A stretch of DNA of 64,000 nucleotides from Octopus vulgaris (GCA_951406725.2 OX597831.1:15128001-15192000); one strand, 5' to 3'. Counted from the first letter of the stretch, positions 1 to 13,517 are shown. Numbers and translations: made by a program. The notes: generated by a model from the letters alone, not told the origin.

Positions 1-155
1 ACACACAACACACACTCATAGATACAGGCACACAATTATACATACATGGACACACATACACGCACATATACGCACATATATATATATATATACACTCATT
101 CACACACGTACACACGCATACATACACACACGCACCCACAAACACGCACACACAC

Positions 156-201
<46 letters not shown>

Positions 202-292
202 GCGAGTGCATATTTGTTTTTCTGTGTGCCTACGTGCATATATATATATATGTAATATGTATATATACATATATACACTTATATATATATAC

Positions 293-368
<76 letters not shown>

Positions 369-408
369 CACATGTACAAGCGCACATACATGTCTATAAA
401 TATACGTG

Positions 409-462
<54 letters not shown>

Positions 463-463
<1 letters not shown>

Positions 464-768
464 CAATTGCAGCGTGGAAGGTGTTTATAAGCCATTTAAG
501 AAACACACAAAAGCCGTTCGATTCACTTCAACATTTAAGTTTAATTTGTCAAAATATTTTCTCGCTAAAATCCGCGACCTGTTCACTGACAAAGTCCGTG
601 CTGCATCTCAGCACGGACTTTGTCAGTGAACAGGTCGCGGATTTATATTTTGACAAATTATTAAATGTTGATAACCTTTGTGTGTTTCTTAAATATATAC
701 GCTGCAATTGTTTTCGTTTCAGCACACGATCTCAGATCAAATTACTTGCTATGCGAGTACATCTCCGT
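463..768. mobile_element. Fold-back PLE-type element (arms 463-603/609-711 plus unique tail) in (TA)n
   Basis: acaattgcagcgt...acgctgcaattgt inverted ends; perfect inner stem around a catct loop (604-608); TA tracts on both sides. Confidence 0.7.
545..593 (-). ncRNA. Hammerhead-like motif, G3-C8 core variant
   Basis: Minus strand tttgtca-GTGAACA-ggtcgcggattttagcga-GAA-aatatt-T-tgacaaa: 7-bp stem I, palindromic stem III; stem II closing C missing. Confidence 0.55.
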
Positions 769-1193
769 ATATATATATATATATATATGTATATGCCAGT
801 ATGTGTATGTGTGTGTCTGTCTGTGTGCCTTTGTGTAGTGTATATATATATATACGAGCAAAAGGCCCCCTGTCCAATAGACGGTGCTGTGTTGTCAAAC
901 ATTTAAACCAAATTTTCTCAAAATAACTTGTTCGACCGTCCCATAAGTCTCCCTTTTGAGAAACATTGATTTAACCTAAATTTGAGACACCAACAAAAGT
1001 AGAAATAAAAAAGGACGTTTTTTTTCTAATTCAAAGAAAAATGACATTATTCGCACAAATATGAAACCAAAGAGTTTAAAGTACGAATAATGATAAGGCT
1101 ACTGACTGGGAGTACACAAACATGGTTTAAACAGTAAGCTTGGCAGGGAAGAAACGTGCCTTTAAGCAGTACAAAAACAACAAAAAATGGAAG

Positions 1194-1239
<46 letters not shown>

Positions 1240-1619
1240 GCACACACAAACAGACAGAACGGATTTTATATAAGAGATATAGGTGTATTTAAGTACTCTT
1301 TTGTGTGTATTCTACTGATGAGGCAGAGCATTTCTTATGCAGATCCAGAAATCATCCGGGATCTGGAATTATCCAATAATTTCTTGCTAGTATATTTTGT
1401 CTCTTTGTCGTCTGTCCTGGTGCTGTATGAATATGTAATGTAGTTTTAGAGTCAAGTTTTGGCTGCTATATCTAGCAGGTCGGTATCTTTTAGATGCCCA
1501 CAATTATAATTTTAATAATAACTATTACCTACGAGGTTTTTATTCTCATGCTAACCACTTGATATGATCGGTATTTTAAATAACGATCTGATCATTTTAT
1601 ATATATACATAGAGAGAGA

Positions 1620-1783
1620 GAGTGGCTGTGTGGTAAGTAGCTTGTTTACCAACCACATGGTTCCGGGTTCAGTCCCACTGCGTGGCACCTTGGGCAACTG
1701 TTTTCTAATATAGCCTCGGGCCGACCAAAGCCTTGTGAGTGAATTTGGTAGACGGAAACTGAAAGAAGCCCGTCGTATATGTG

Positions 1784-1835
<52 letters not shown>

Positions 1836-2036
1836 TGTGTGTGTTTGTGTTTCTCCCCCTAGCATTGCTTAACAACCGATGCTGGTGTGTTTATGTCCCC
1901 GTTACTTAGCGGTTCGGCAAAAGAGACCAATAGAATAAGTACTGGGCTTACAAAATAATAAGTATCGGGGTCGAGTTGCTCGATTAAAGGCGGTGTTCCA
2001 GCATGGCCGCAGTCAAATGACTGAAACAAGTAAAAG
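1620..2036 (+). mobile_element. tRNA-derived SINE family 1, full length, with internal (TA)n
   Basis: A/B-box-like head (tggctgtgtggtaag...ggttcagtcc); tail ggcggtgttccagcatggccgcagtcaaatgactgaaac; several copies in window. Confidence 0.85.
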
Positions 2037-2047
2037 CGAGAGAGCGA

Positions 2048-2103
<56 letters not shown>

Positions 2104-2840
2104 TTATACATTTATATATTTATATATATGTACACGCACGCAAATGTTCATAACAAATGGGAATGCATCTGTATATCTTGAGAATAACATATAACTACAG
2201 AAGTAGAACCATTATTTACATTGATTTGACATCTTTATTCAAAGGTATGTTTTCGCATACATTTAGCCTTAGATCATTGAGCCAGATATCAGAATTATTG
2301 TAGATTATATTCTCTCTTTAGAGTTACGTTAATCAATGGCAACAGAATTACTTGATGTCTAAGGTTCAACAACGGGTTAGTATCGTAACAGGTTGTTTCT
2401 TACATCCAAGCGATGGCTATAACGATTAGGTCTCACCTTTCTTGTTTAATGAGATCTCACTAAAATTTATGAGAAAATTTCTATTGTGTTGCATTGAAAT
2501 GAATCATCAAGATTAATAGTGATATAAAATTCCTTTCGCCATAAATACACATATATGAATGTCTGTGTCTGTATTGTCTGAGTTTGCGTTCCGACAAAAA
2601 TAATTGTTCCTACAATATATTAATGAACAGCATTGAGTAGTCACATTGTTGTGTCGTTCGGCAATCGATCTGATACACTTTTCTTTACACGATCACATTT
2701 ACACAAGCTGCACGAATGTTTTCTTATGAAAAAATAAGTCATCACTTTAACTGTTTACAAATACGCATATGTGCAGACATATGATATATATGTATATATA
2801 CGCATATGTGCAGACATATGATATATATGTATATATATAT

Positions 2841-3258
2841 ACCGCCGTATTGGACCGCTGAAATCTACACGTTTTTATTTTCATTCTCTCTCTCTGCTTA
2901 TTTTCTCTTATTCCTTTTTATTGTAGAGCGTAGACTCGAAATGTAAAAGACATTTTTTATTCATTTTCCCAAGGTCTAAACTATTACACTTGCCTGTTGT
3001 ATATACACCCGGTCTTCGTCTTTTGTTTTTCTATAAATTTCAACGATACGCCATGATAGATCGTTAGCTCCTACAATCATTTTTCTCTCCTTGTTTCTCT
3101 CCTTGTTTTTTCTGTGTATCTTTCTGTCGAAGAGCGCATTAGGCTCTAAACGTAAAATAATTTTTCTATTTCTATTCCTGAGCGCTATACTAATACATTT
3201 GTTTGTTTGTACTCCACCTGCCTTCGTCTTTTGTTTATTTTCGTAAACTTTCCCGTTA
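2841..3258 (+). repeat. Tandem dimer of ~200-bp repeat family A with degenerate HHR-like motif
   Basis: Two related units, each with gagcg..ag.ctc.aaa.gtaaaa and tcttcgtcttttg; homologous to 7640-7835 and 38755-38956; TA-flanked. Confidence 0.6.
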
Positions 3259-3616
3259 TATATATATATTTTCACTGTCTCAATACTTTGTGTGACAAAT
3301 GGGCTGGTTTCGTCAACAGACACAAAGATTACATCGTTGAAAATTGCATAACTACAAACATAAATGTTTACCATTTGAATCTAAGAAAAAAATCCTCTCT
3401 TATTCGTGTTTGTTTTATATATATTCATTTATATAACCATTACGTACATATGCTCGTATGCGTGTATGTTACTTATTGGTTTTCTTAATAATTAGATATT
3501 TTCTCGCTGTGAAGATGTCGATATTTACACAAAACTACCAACTTCTATCACATGAAACAAACTGACGACAACGTATGTTTATTAATTAAATGCGTGAAAC
3601 CTCTTGTAAAAATTAC

Positions 3617-3755
3617 TTTCCTACTGACTTGCTAAATATGGTTACTTTTACTTCGCTTGTAAATACTTCCATACCAAAATCACTTCTTTGAAACCTTGTA
3701 AATTTACCAAATGGTACCATCAAGATGTATACTGGTGATGCTTCGGTTAATGCGA
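3617..3755 (-). CDS. Candidate internal exon, unknown protein
   Basis: Polypyrimidine tract + cattAG acceptor, GTAATT donor, 139 nt open: (V)ALTEASPVYILMVPFGKFTRFQRSDFGMEVFTSEVKVTIFSKSVG. Confidence 0.3.
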
Positions 3756-4128
3756 CTAATGATGAGAGGAAGACCGAGAGAGACAGAAAGAGAGAAAGAG
3801 AAGGCGAGAGAGGGAAAGAGACAGAGAGAGAGACAGAGAAGTGGAGTAAGAGGGAAAACATATTTAACTTACTGTCTCCCACAAAATCAAGAGAGACAAA
3901 CAATGTCTTTATAGACAAACTATCAAGAGCACACAATCATAGCTGAACAATGTAAGGATCAAACAATTCCGGCCCTTTTACTTGATACAAATACTCCATT
4001 TGACAGAAACAAACTTTACATAATAAAATAGAAAAATTAATAAAATAATAATACTACTAAAGACGCAAACCGTTATTCCCGCCCCCTTCACTTGCACCCC
4101 CGTTTATTTTTTATATATGGACATTCGT

Positions 4129-4266
4129 ATTATTTACATTACTTATATTTTACGGATATTTGTCCTCATCATATTTGTTGTTAACACAAAGTTTCGGGTG
4201 AGAGACCTTCCAGCCTTCCCCAACAACAAACGAGATGAGGTCAAATATCCGTCAAATGTAAATAAT
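4129..4266. repeat. Imperfect hairpin, HHR-associated family B (truncated)
   Basis: attatttacatt..acggatatttgtcctcatc..tttgttgtt versus aacaacaaa..gatgaggtcaaatatccgt..aatgtaaataat; loop resembles 29401-29435. Confidence 0.6.
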
Positions 4267-4297
4267 GTATATAATTCCTCATCAGCTCATCAAATAA

Positions 4298-4492
4298 GGC
4301 GATGGGCTGAGAGAGTCGTTAACACGCGGGGTAAAGTGCTTAGCTGCATTTAGGCTGACTTCACGTTCTGAAATGAAATTCCGCAGAGGTCGGCTTTGCA
4401 ATTCATCCTTTCCGGGTCAATACAATAAGTATCAGTTTAACACTGGGGTCCATTTAATGACCATAACTCCGCCTCCGAAATTGCTGGCCTTG
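4298..4492 (+). mobile_element. SINE family 2 (degenerate)
   Basis: ggcgatgggctg...cgttctgaaatgaaattccgcagaggtcggctttgc; homologous to 33365-33566. Confidence 0.7.
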
Positions 4493-4751
4493 TTATCTAT
4501 TTATCTACCTCGTATCTGTCTATCTATCCATCCTTCTCCCTGTCTGTCTCAGTGTCTATCTGAATCTGTCTGTCTCTGGCTGCCCATCTCTCCATCTATC
4601 TATCTATTTTATCAATCTATCTATCTATCTATTTATCTACCTCCCTACCTACCTCCCTACCTACCTACCTACCTCCCTACCTACCTCCCTACCTACCTAC
4701 CTACCTACCTACCTACCTATATATCTATCTATATATCTATCTATCTACCTA

Positions 4752-4782
<31 letters not shown>

Positions 4783-5717
4783 TTATATATATACTCAGAA
4801 ATTCATGTGCGTGCCGGTGGAGCACTGTGTGTGTGCGTGTGTGTGCTTCTGTGTATTTCTCAATAAAAAAGACAAATATTGCCACGTAACTGTAGTGTCT
4901 CATGAAGACAGTGAAGCTGATATCCTACCATAAATCGTCTTTCTTTGCACAACATCTTAAGAAAAGGACAGGGAAGAAACTTAACGAAAACAAAGATTTG
5001 TATTAAGTATTTTATTTTGAATGATCTTCCTTGTATTCTGTGTATTTTAAAAGCAAGCTAGAAACAAACTGTGGAAGTAAGCTTGTGTTTACTCTAAGAC
5101 AAATCAATACCTCATAACATCTGACACTGGGAAAATGACAACCACAACAACAACAATAACAAAAACAAGCACAAAATCAACAACAACGACAGCAATAATG
5201 ATAGATAAACAAATATATAAAGATAGTTTTATGATGTATTCGTCTAAAGTATCTGCCATTAATTTGCTTTCAGTAAACGATACAGATACATACAGTGAAG
5301 CACGTTCTGATTTCGGTTTAGATAACTTAACGCTGCTCTCTGTCATTGATGTATGAACTATGAATATTTATAAAGAGCTTCTCTCTGTTTATACATGCCA
5401 CTACTGTACTCTGTATGATAAAGGCTTTCATAAGAGAGGTTCAAGGCTAGACGTTGGGGCGATATGCATAATCTATTATAGGGAAATATCTGTTAGATTT
5501 GTACTTAGGATTGGCTCAAGGGAAGATGAAAATCAATGCAGAATATTATACGATTTGAACGGAGAACGCGAGGAAAACGTTTATTTTATTTATTTATCAA
5601 TAAATATATATTTATTTATTTACCGTTGCCTCCGGTAGACCGGTGCCTTGAGTGTGTAATTTGGTAAGATAACGCTATCCGGAAAGCCATATCTGTATCT
5701 GTCTGTCTATCTGTATG

Positions 5718-5805
<88 letters not shown>

Positions 5806-5806
<1 letters not shown>

Positions 5807-6392
5807 GAAAAGGAAAGTGAGAGTAGAGAGGCAAGTTTTGTCTAGCGAATGTTTTAAAAAAAGATGGGTGAATGTAGCAAGGATGGCACGTATGAATGAC
5901 GAAGCCACCTTGAGCATAATCCTATGAACCCAGAAATTGAAAACAGAGGGTCACCCACTTGCAAACAAATGTGGTAACATATAACAATATTGACCAAGGT
6001 TACCGTGGTCTTTTTCGTAGGCTTTTCTTCCCACGGATAAACCTTACTTGCTTTCCCCTTTATGCCATATATCATAACACTGTGATACACGATCCCTATT
6101 GATCGTTCTTTTTTTTTCCTCTTCCCTTTTTTTCCCCCTTTTTTCTTCTTTTTTCTTCTTTCCTTTTGTTCCTTTTCCTTTTCTTTTTTTTTTATTTTTA
6201 TTCTTTTTATTTTATTCAATTTTTTTGTTTGTTTTTGTTCTTTTCTTCCCTTTTACGATCCCTCTTGATCGAAAACCTACGCCACCCCCTTTTTTTTCTT
6301 TTGTTTTTTTGTTCTCTTCATCCCCCAAAAGAAAAGCTCTACCTTGTAACTTGTCCCATCTGTGTGCAGCCCTGTGTGGCCAATAAAGAAAC
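5806..6392 (+). mobile_element. 5'-truncated Tx1/L1-like LINE 3' end in (TATC)n
   Basis: Near-identical to 18981-19100 (KRKVRVERQVLSSECFKKRWVNVARMARMNDEATLS); ends aataaagaaa; TATC tracts on both sides. Confidence 0.85.
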
Positions 6393-6417
6393 TTATCTAT
6401 CTATCTATCCATCTATC

Positions 6418-6479
<62 letters not shown>

Positions 6480-6480
6480 C

Positions 6481-6568
<88 letters not shown>

Positions 6569-7040
6569 GTTTGTTTGCCTGTCTGTCTGTCTGTCTATCT
6601 ATCTAACTGATTAGCTCTCTCTTTCTCTCTATCTATATCTTATATGAGTCCGTACATGAAAATATATTCTTAAATGTAGGTGTGTGAATATAATAGTCAT
6701 ATCTATAATATATATCTATAATATATATATATATATATATATCGTATATACACACATACATTGAACGACCTAAAATTATTAATACTACTTTCGTCAGTGA
6801 CATATGTGTCTCATTATCTCATTATTTATACGTTGTCTTATATATCACCCTGTGTAAAAACCAGTTTGTCTGTAGCCCAGCCAAGCATTTACGATACAGA
6901 ATTGTTATGAACCATAACCTTGGACCCTGCCATAAGCATATTTGGATTTCTTCACTAATTTAAGCAATATTGTTTACCTGTTGTGTCAACATGGGCGTTA
7001 TGAAATATATTTCGCGGATTAATATTCTCTCATATAAATA

Positions 7041-7575
7041 TTACGTAATTTCATGAATAAACATCAGGACTATTGTCATTGTTATAATGCTAAAGCATGT
7101 AGAGTGAAGTGACTCGGCACCAATTGACCTTGAACTCTGTTGTGCATGCGCACTAAGGTTTAACGTTCTAGCCCACATCCGCTGTTTACTGCAGTGCTTG
7201 GAACGAAGGTGTGTAGCTTGTGATCGTCGCAGTGACATAAACATTTGAGCTGAGAATCTGCATTAAATTTTGCCAAAAGCTTATTGATACCAGCTCAAAG
7301 GTTTACGCAAAAGTTCCTAAACGGTTTCATTGTGCTCGACACAATCAAGGAGAGTTTGTGCAACTGAAACCCGAGTGTCCTTTTGTTCAATTGAAAGCAG
7401 TTTTGGCTTAAACTTGGCAGACACGTGTCTCATACACAAATCTTCAGTCATATTGGACTGAACTGAACGGTAAACATTCTGCATAACCTCTGATAACTCA
7501 CGCATGTCCAATTTGCAGAGAACACGCAACATCACATACTCGGGATTCGTCGGTTTGCCAGAAACATCTCTTGAA
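7041..7575. mobile_element. Decayed mariner with internal inversion
   Basis: Plus RICIKFCQKL..VYAK (about 7252-7312); minus DLCMRHVSAKFKPKLLSIEQKDTRV (7320-7575); leader homologous to 52113-52310. Confidence 0.75.
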
Positions 7576-7639
7576 CTTATTGAATATGTGTGTATATATG
7601 TATAAGTAGAAGTCATTGTCAAACTTTCCTGCTAAAAAC

Positions 7640-7835
7640 TAAGATCGTTAGCCGCTACACACATTTTTTTCTCTACTTGCTTCTCTCCTTGTTTTTTTCT
7701 GTGTCCCTTTCTGTAAAAGAGCGTAGGCTCGAAACGTAAAAGACTTTTTCTATTCCTGAGCGTTATACTAATACATCTTGTTGTTTTGTACACCACCTGT
7801 CTTCGTCTTTTGGTTTTTTCGTAAACTCTCCCTAT
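7640..7835 (+). repeat. Repeat family A monomer, HHR-like
   Basis: cctttCTGTAAAAgagcgtaggctcGAAACGTAaaaga. Confidence 0.6.
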
Positions 7836-8199
7836 ATAAATAATCATATGTATGTCTGCATGTATGTTCAATGAATAAAGTACAGTATGTGTCCCTGCAT
7901 GAATATGCGCTGTGGAGCAGAGTTAGAAATGGTGATAGGTGAGTAAGTAACAACACGGTGCATCTAAGTGTAAAAATATATATATTCCATGTTATTTGTG
8001 ACGACTTAATCGTACTGATTACCAATCGCTGAGACTAAATTGAACTGTCACTGATTATCTAATTGAAAACAAATAAGCGACAACATAACAGTTACCAGAT
8101 GCATTATTTGAGAATATAAGATAAACAATTATACATGTATTGGCGCACGGATGACGGTTTTACCATCTAGGGTTAATGAAATATGTATAATCAAAACAA

Positions 8200-8360
8200 A
8201 TAAATGAACAATAAAATTAAAAATAAACAAGTGAATGCGCACAAAGGATGTACTAGTTTGATGTACAGTAAAAAGGGGCGTTTTTGTCGTTTCGAGCATA
8301 TCTCTTCGTCAGGAAAGAAAAGGGAGAAAGTCCAAAGAAGGAAATAAATCACCAACGGCA
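8200..8360 (-). repeat. Family A-related copy with CTGACGA core
   Basis: Minus strand tttcCTGACGAagagatatgctcGAAACGAC (8286-8316). Confidence 0.5.
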
Positions 8361-9702
8361 TCTTAAAGGGACTGGAAGTGGAAAGAGATTGTGAAAGTGG
8401 TTCTTTTGGAATAGATATATACGAAGATGGCCAGGGTGTGTGTGTGTGTGCGTGCGTGTGTGCGTGCGTGTGTGTCTGTCGTAGAATTTATGCGAGTGTG
8501 TGTTTGTGCTTTTATGAGTGTTAGCTCGTATGAGGTTAGCGGCTGGTGTTTGCGTATGACGGAGTGGGAATATGTGTGTGGGTGCATGTGTATAATTACA
8601 TATATGTGCGTATGGGCGTGTGCATGTATATATGTCTGGAGTCGTATGCGTAGAGGTATGTGTACTTGGGTGTGCGTGTGTGTGCGCATGTGTGGGTGAG
8701 GGAAAGAGACGAAGTGACATGTATATGTATGCACGTTTGTGTGCATGTGTGTATGTTTGTGTTAGTGTGTGTGTATGTGCGGTGAGTATACACATATATA
8801 ATTGTGAATGCGTGCATGTATATATATCCATGTGGTTGTCACTTTGGTCGTCCCATTCACCTCTTGACAATAGCAAGCTTTCTGTTTTGCGAAAGAAAAA
8901 TGCTGGAGTAATTACTAACGACGATTTGATGGACGAAACCATTCACAGTGGTGCCCCAGCATGGTCACAGCTCAAGGACTAAAACAAAGTAGAAAAAAAA
9001 ATAAAAGAAAATAACGAAAAATAATCACCGGATAAGCAATTAATTTGCTATTGTGCTGATACTTTAAAATAACAAATATCCGTGTTTTTCTCGCATAATC
9101 TGACGGATAAATGGAGCATGCTTTCAGAAGGCAGCAGTTGATTATCCTACAAAGGTCACACATTCCACGATCTGGGTCGTAATTAATGTGTTGCTATAGT
9201 AACAATAGTTTTTGATGTGCTGTCACGTTAGTCAAACAACAACCTTGGGAAAAAGAAATTATGGTATTTTCGAAAACAAAAATAAGACGAACATTTAGAG
9301 ATTTCTTTATGAATTGTGTGTGATCAGCCGTTTATTTCAACAGCATTCGCTTTAAAATCCAGATTTTCTCATAATCTGCTGTAAAAAACATTATAAATTA
9401 TTCACTGGTTCTGTTAAAGAGGCCTATAATTCCGTAAGCCAGTCGAGTAGTGTCATGGTAGTATTCTAAACATTATATTAAACGTCGACTAATAATTCTA
9501 TCATATTTGAAAATACATCGGCATTATTGATATTATGAGGAAATGTCGGAAGTACGAGGATACGTTTTTGATCAACGGAATACACGAAGAAGACATTGCG
9601 ATAGAGAATTACGACTTTCCAAAGTATGAGATCGGATATGTCGAGATCAAACTATGTTTTCTATCAGTCTGAAAGAAATGCACGGTACGAAAACCGATTG
9701 TA

Positions 9703-9733
<31 letters not shown>

Positions 9734-9746
9734 GCCACAGACTCAG

Positions 9747-9790
<44 letters not shown>

Positions 9791-9950
9791 ACAAACAGAG
9801 GCACAAACATACAAGCAACATACATGCACACAGAGCGCGCACAGACGAGCTTACACACACACATGCACGCACTCGCGTACACACGGACGCGCGCACACAC
9901 ACACACTTCAATCCATCTATCTTCGTATCTATCAATCTATCTATCTATCA

Positions 9951-9990
<40 letters not shown>

Positions 9991-10082
9991 CTATCTTTCT
10001 CTCTCTCCCTCTCTCTTTCTCCTTGTCTGTATATGTATATATATATATAAAATGTGTGTGTGTGTATAGATGAATAGAAATG

Positions 10083-10520
10083 AATAGAAAATGGAGATGT
10101 ATAACAATTGGCAATTCAAAAATTAAGATTTATTTTATTATGTTGTTATAACAAACTATAACAAAATATAATAAATAATAAAAATGTAACATTAATCACA
10201 CACAAATATTTCAATTGTTCGCCATAATAAACTTATAAAAATTCATTGATTTTTCGCTAAGAATCTCCTCAGTATAATAATTTCACAAGTATATTAGGAT
10301 TCACACATCTAGTAAAACTGAATTTAAATATCATATGTATAAATGCGGTAGTGTTAAGAATTAAAACATTTATATGTGATTTATATTTAATATATATTCC
10401 TTATTTTATTATATTAGGCTATGTTATATTATATTATAAGAATAGAATATAATATTATGATAATAAATTTTAAACTTAAATTTTTGAATTGCCAATTTCT
10501 ATACACCTCCCTTTTCTATC
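10083..10520. repeat. ~45-bp imperfect inverted repeats around an AT-rich core
   Basis: atagaaaatggagatgtataacaattggcaattcaaaaatt versus aatttttgaattgccaatttctatacacctcccttttctat. Confidence 0.6.
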
Positions 10521-10664
10521 CAGTTTTATAATTTAATATATACCCATGTAATTTGCAAAGTTTTCTTTTCTCTGCAAAATTCGGTATTTGACTGTGGAGC
10601 CAGTAAGGGATTCCATGATCTCATCCTTTATCTTGCCTTATATGTGTGTGTGGGCGTACGTGTA

Positions 10665-11577
10665 TAGGAAAATAAGGAGTTGAAAATGCACTGAGAACAG
10701 TTAAACTAATTTTTATTAATATATTTGAAGCTTCAACTGGTTTCATAATTTACAGTCTTCCAGTTTTACAGAAAGTTGAACTAGAAAGGCGTGACGATTG
10801 TTGCAGCTGTCTTGCTTCTAACTCGTGTTTGAAATTTGCCATGTTTTTATAGGGAGTTTATGGCTCATATTGGTATGTTTTGAATAGAATTAGATAGGTA
10901 GAGGTTAGTTACATTACTAGTCTTATAAATTGTTGTAGGCTCCCCGCTACGTCGGTGTGTAAGTATGAAGTGACAATGTTTTGGCGTTGTAAGTTAAGGC
11001 TGACACGGTCGACTGGATATGTCCAAACAATCAATGCTCTGAATGTTTCCTGTCAAGTATTTCTAGAGAATAAACCTTTGTACGTTTCCCGCTACGTTCG
11101 TGCATTAGTGTCACGGGACAGTATATTTTGCACCTAAGAAGAAGGCCAACATGATTAGTTATAATCAAGGCACTCCACATTTAATGTTTGATGGGAGAGT
11201 GGACAAGAGTCATTTGTATGATAAGTCCATGATAAGTGGCAGGATGAGATTCGTGTCCGAATAGCTATTTGTGTATGTATTCTATTAAATATTTCTAAGT
11301 ATCGATTTATTTCTCCGTGCTTCATCTATGGTATTCCCTGAACATAGGTAGAGTGGGATGAACTGGATATTGAGGGACTTATTTTTTGCTCATATGTCTA
11401 TGTGTCCACTCAATGGAATCTGTCTAATACTGGGGTCCCGTATTCGTTGTCGGCGAATGGGGAATCTATTTCTTAGAGTAAGCTGTGTTTCACTTATGTA
11501 ATCTTCATTACATCCTTCACATGTGATAGCGTATATCAAATTCCTTGAAGAACATGTTAAGTAAATGTTTTACAGTA
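10665..11577 (-). mobile_element. Penelope-like element 3' fragment with GIY-YIG endonuclease relic
   Basis: Minus translation [52 protein letters not shown] (about 11390-11560); abuts (TA)n. Confidence 0.8.
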
Positions 11578-11590
11578 TATATATGTATAC

Positions 11591-11656
<66 letters not shown>

Positions 11657-11665
11657 ACGTATATA

Positions 11666-11736
<71 letters not shown>

Positions 11737-11740
<4 letters not shown>

Positions 11741-12260
11741 CATCCGTCTCTCTTCTACTTCAGTTGAGAGACATCGCCAGGGTGATATGTAGTGCATGGT
11801 GACAACATCTGTATGCGTTGTGTTCACATGACCTGCTCGAGCATAGCCACGCTTTACCAGCCATAGCAGTCGGTGCATTGTCAGTTTGTATTCATCTCTC
11901 TTGCTGATGGGAACAGGCATGAAGTTCCCATAGGACTGTTTCTTGGTGGGGTTAATTCCTGAAGATAAGTTGAAGATGCTCTTAACTTTAGGGTGTAATT
12001 CCATCAAGTTGGCATTCTGGTGTTACACTACGCGCCCAAGAACCTGACGCTGTGTGACAGTGTTGATTTCCAGACAACATCAAATTTGTTTAGGGCCGAC
12101 TCTGCCTTTGCTATCCGGGCACTGGCATCTTTTATCCGTTAACAATCTCTCAGAGCCGAAGTACGACAACTCTTCAAGTTGATGAACGGGGTCACCGCTG
12201 ATGTTTACAATGATTAAAAAGTGGCCCAAGATCTAGTGTAGCTAATTCTAGACCATAAAT
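11737..12260 (-). mobile_element. RTE-clade LINE relic, 3' part
   Basis: Minus [44 protein letters not shown] resemble RTE post-RT motifs; ends in (CA)n. Confidence 0.7.
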
Positions 12261-12786
12261 CTAATTGCGTAGATTTTGGTATTGTGTCAAAAAAGTAATT
12301 TAGTGTACATTACATACTGCATGATAAGTGGATAGATTGGTCCATAGTCCAAATTCCAAAGAGAGGCGATTTCGGTCTCAAAAAATAGCTACAATAACAT
12401 CACACTTACAGAAATCGCTGCAAAGCATTGTCTGGAGGAACGATATAATTTATAAGGAAGTGGATCTGAAACACAGCGGGCAACAAGTTCAGAAAGCACT
12501 TATATCTAAGTTAATAATTTAGTTATCTTCTTTTAGCTCTGGTCGGTGGCTAATGGTCATTCGTGCTCATATAAAATAACAGAAAAAATATTAGAATTGC
12601 TCTATTCGGGAAGATCGCACAGATAAGACAGAAAGCATACACACACGCACATACACGCACAAATACACATATATACATTCAAAGATTTAAGAGAGCTAAG
12701 GTTAACGCTAATCATCCTGAGCTACAAGAACACACACTCAATTCAAAACATATCGCATAATTAAATATATCCACTTAGTCTCAGTC

Positions 12787-12817
<31 letters not shown>

Positions 12818-12828
12818 TACACACACAT

Positions 12829-12878
<50 letters not shown>

Positions 12879-13517
12879 GCATACACACACACGCACACAT
12901 ATATATTCATTCACATTTATATATATATGTTATATCTATATATATAAATACACACCCTTGCAAATATATACATACTTGCAGGCACACGAACATAAACATT
13001 TATACATATAGCGTGCGTTTATTTGGTCCCAAAATGACACCGTTTCACACACACACACACACAAATGAACACACGCATATCCGCGCACACACGGACACAC
13101 TCGCGCACACACACGCGCACAAATATATAGATATATATGTGTGCTTGTGTGTGTGTGTGTGTGTGTGTGTGTAATTATTCCTGTGTGTTTTTGTGTATGA
13201 AGTGAACGAGCAACTGAAATGTAGTTTAACAGAAAAGGAATTCAGAAACATGGAAAGGAACAAGGGGTCAGCTGATCACAGTTTTCTAAGGAATCATAAA
13301 TTTAATAAATATGGTTCTCCTTTTCTTCTAGCTGACATTAATGGCTGATTTATGTTCTCTTTAAAAATGCCAGAATCCATCATGATATTCCATATAACCC
13401 TTATAATATTACGCGTCAGATAAATCAAAACTCTTATTTTCCCGATGTCTGCGGCATCATTCTTATTTCCTGTCTCCATAAGCCGCAAGGGACGCATATT
13501 ATTTTACCTTGTCATAA

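Noticed and set aside
3558-3610. CTGACGA..GAAAC HHR-like motif
   Set aside because: Stem II pairs but there is no stem I complement
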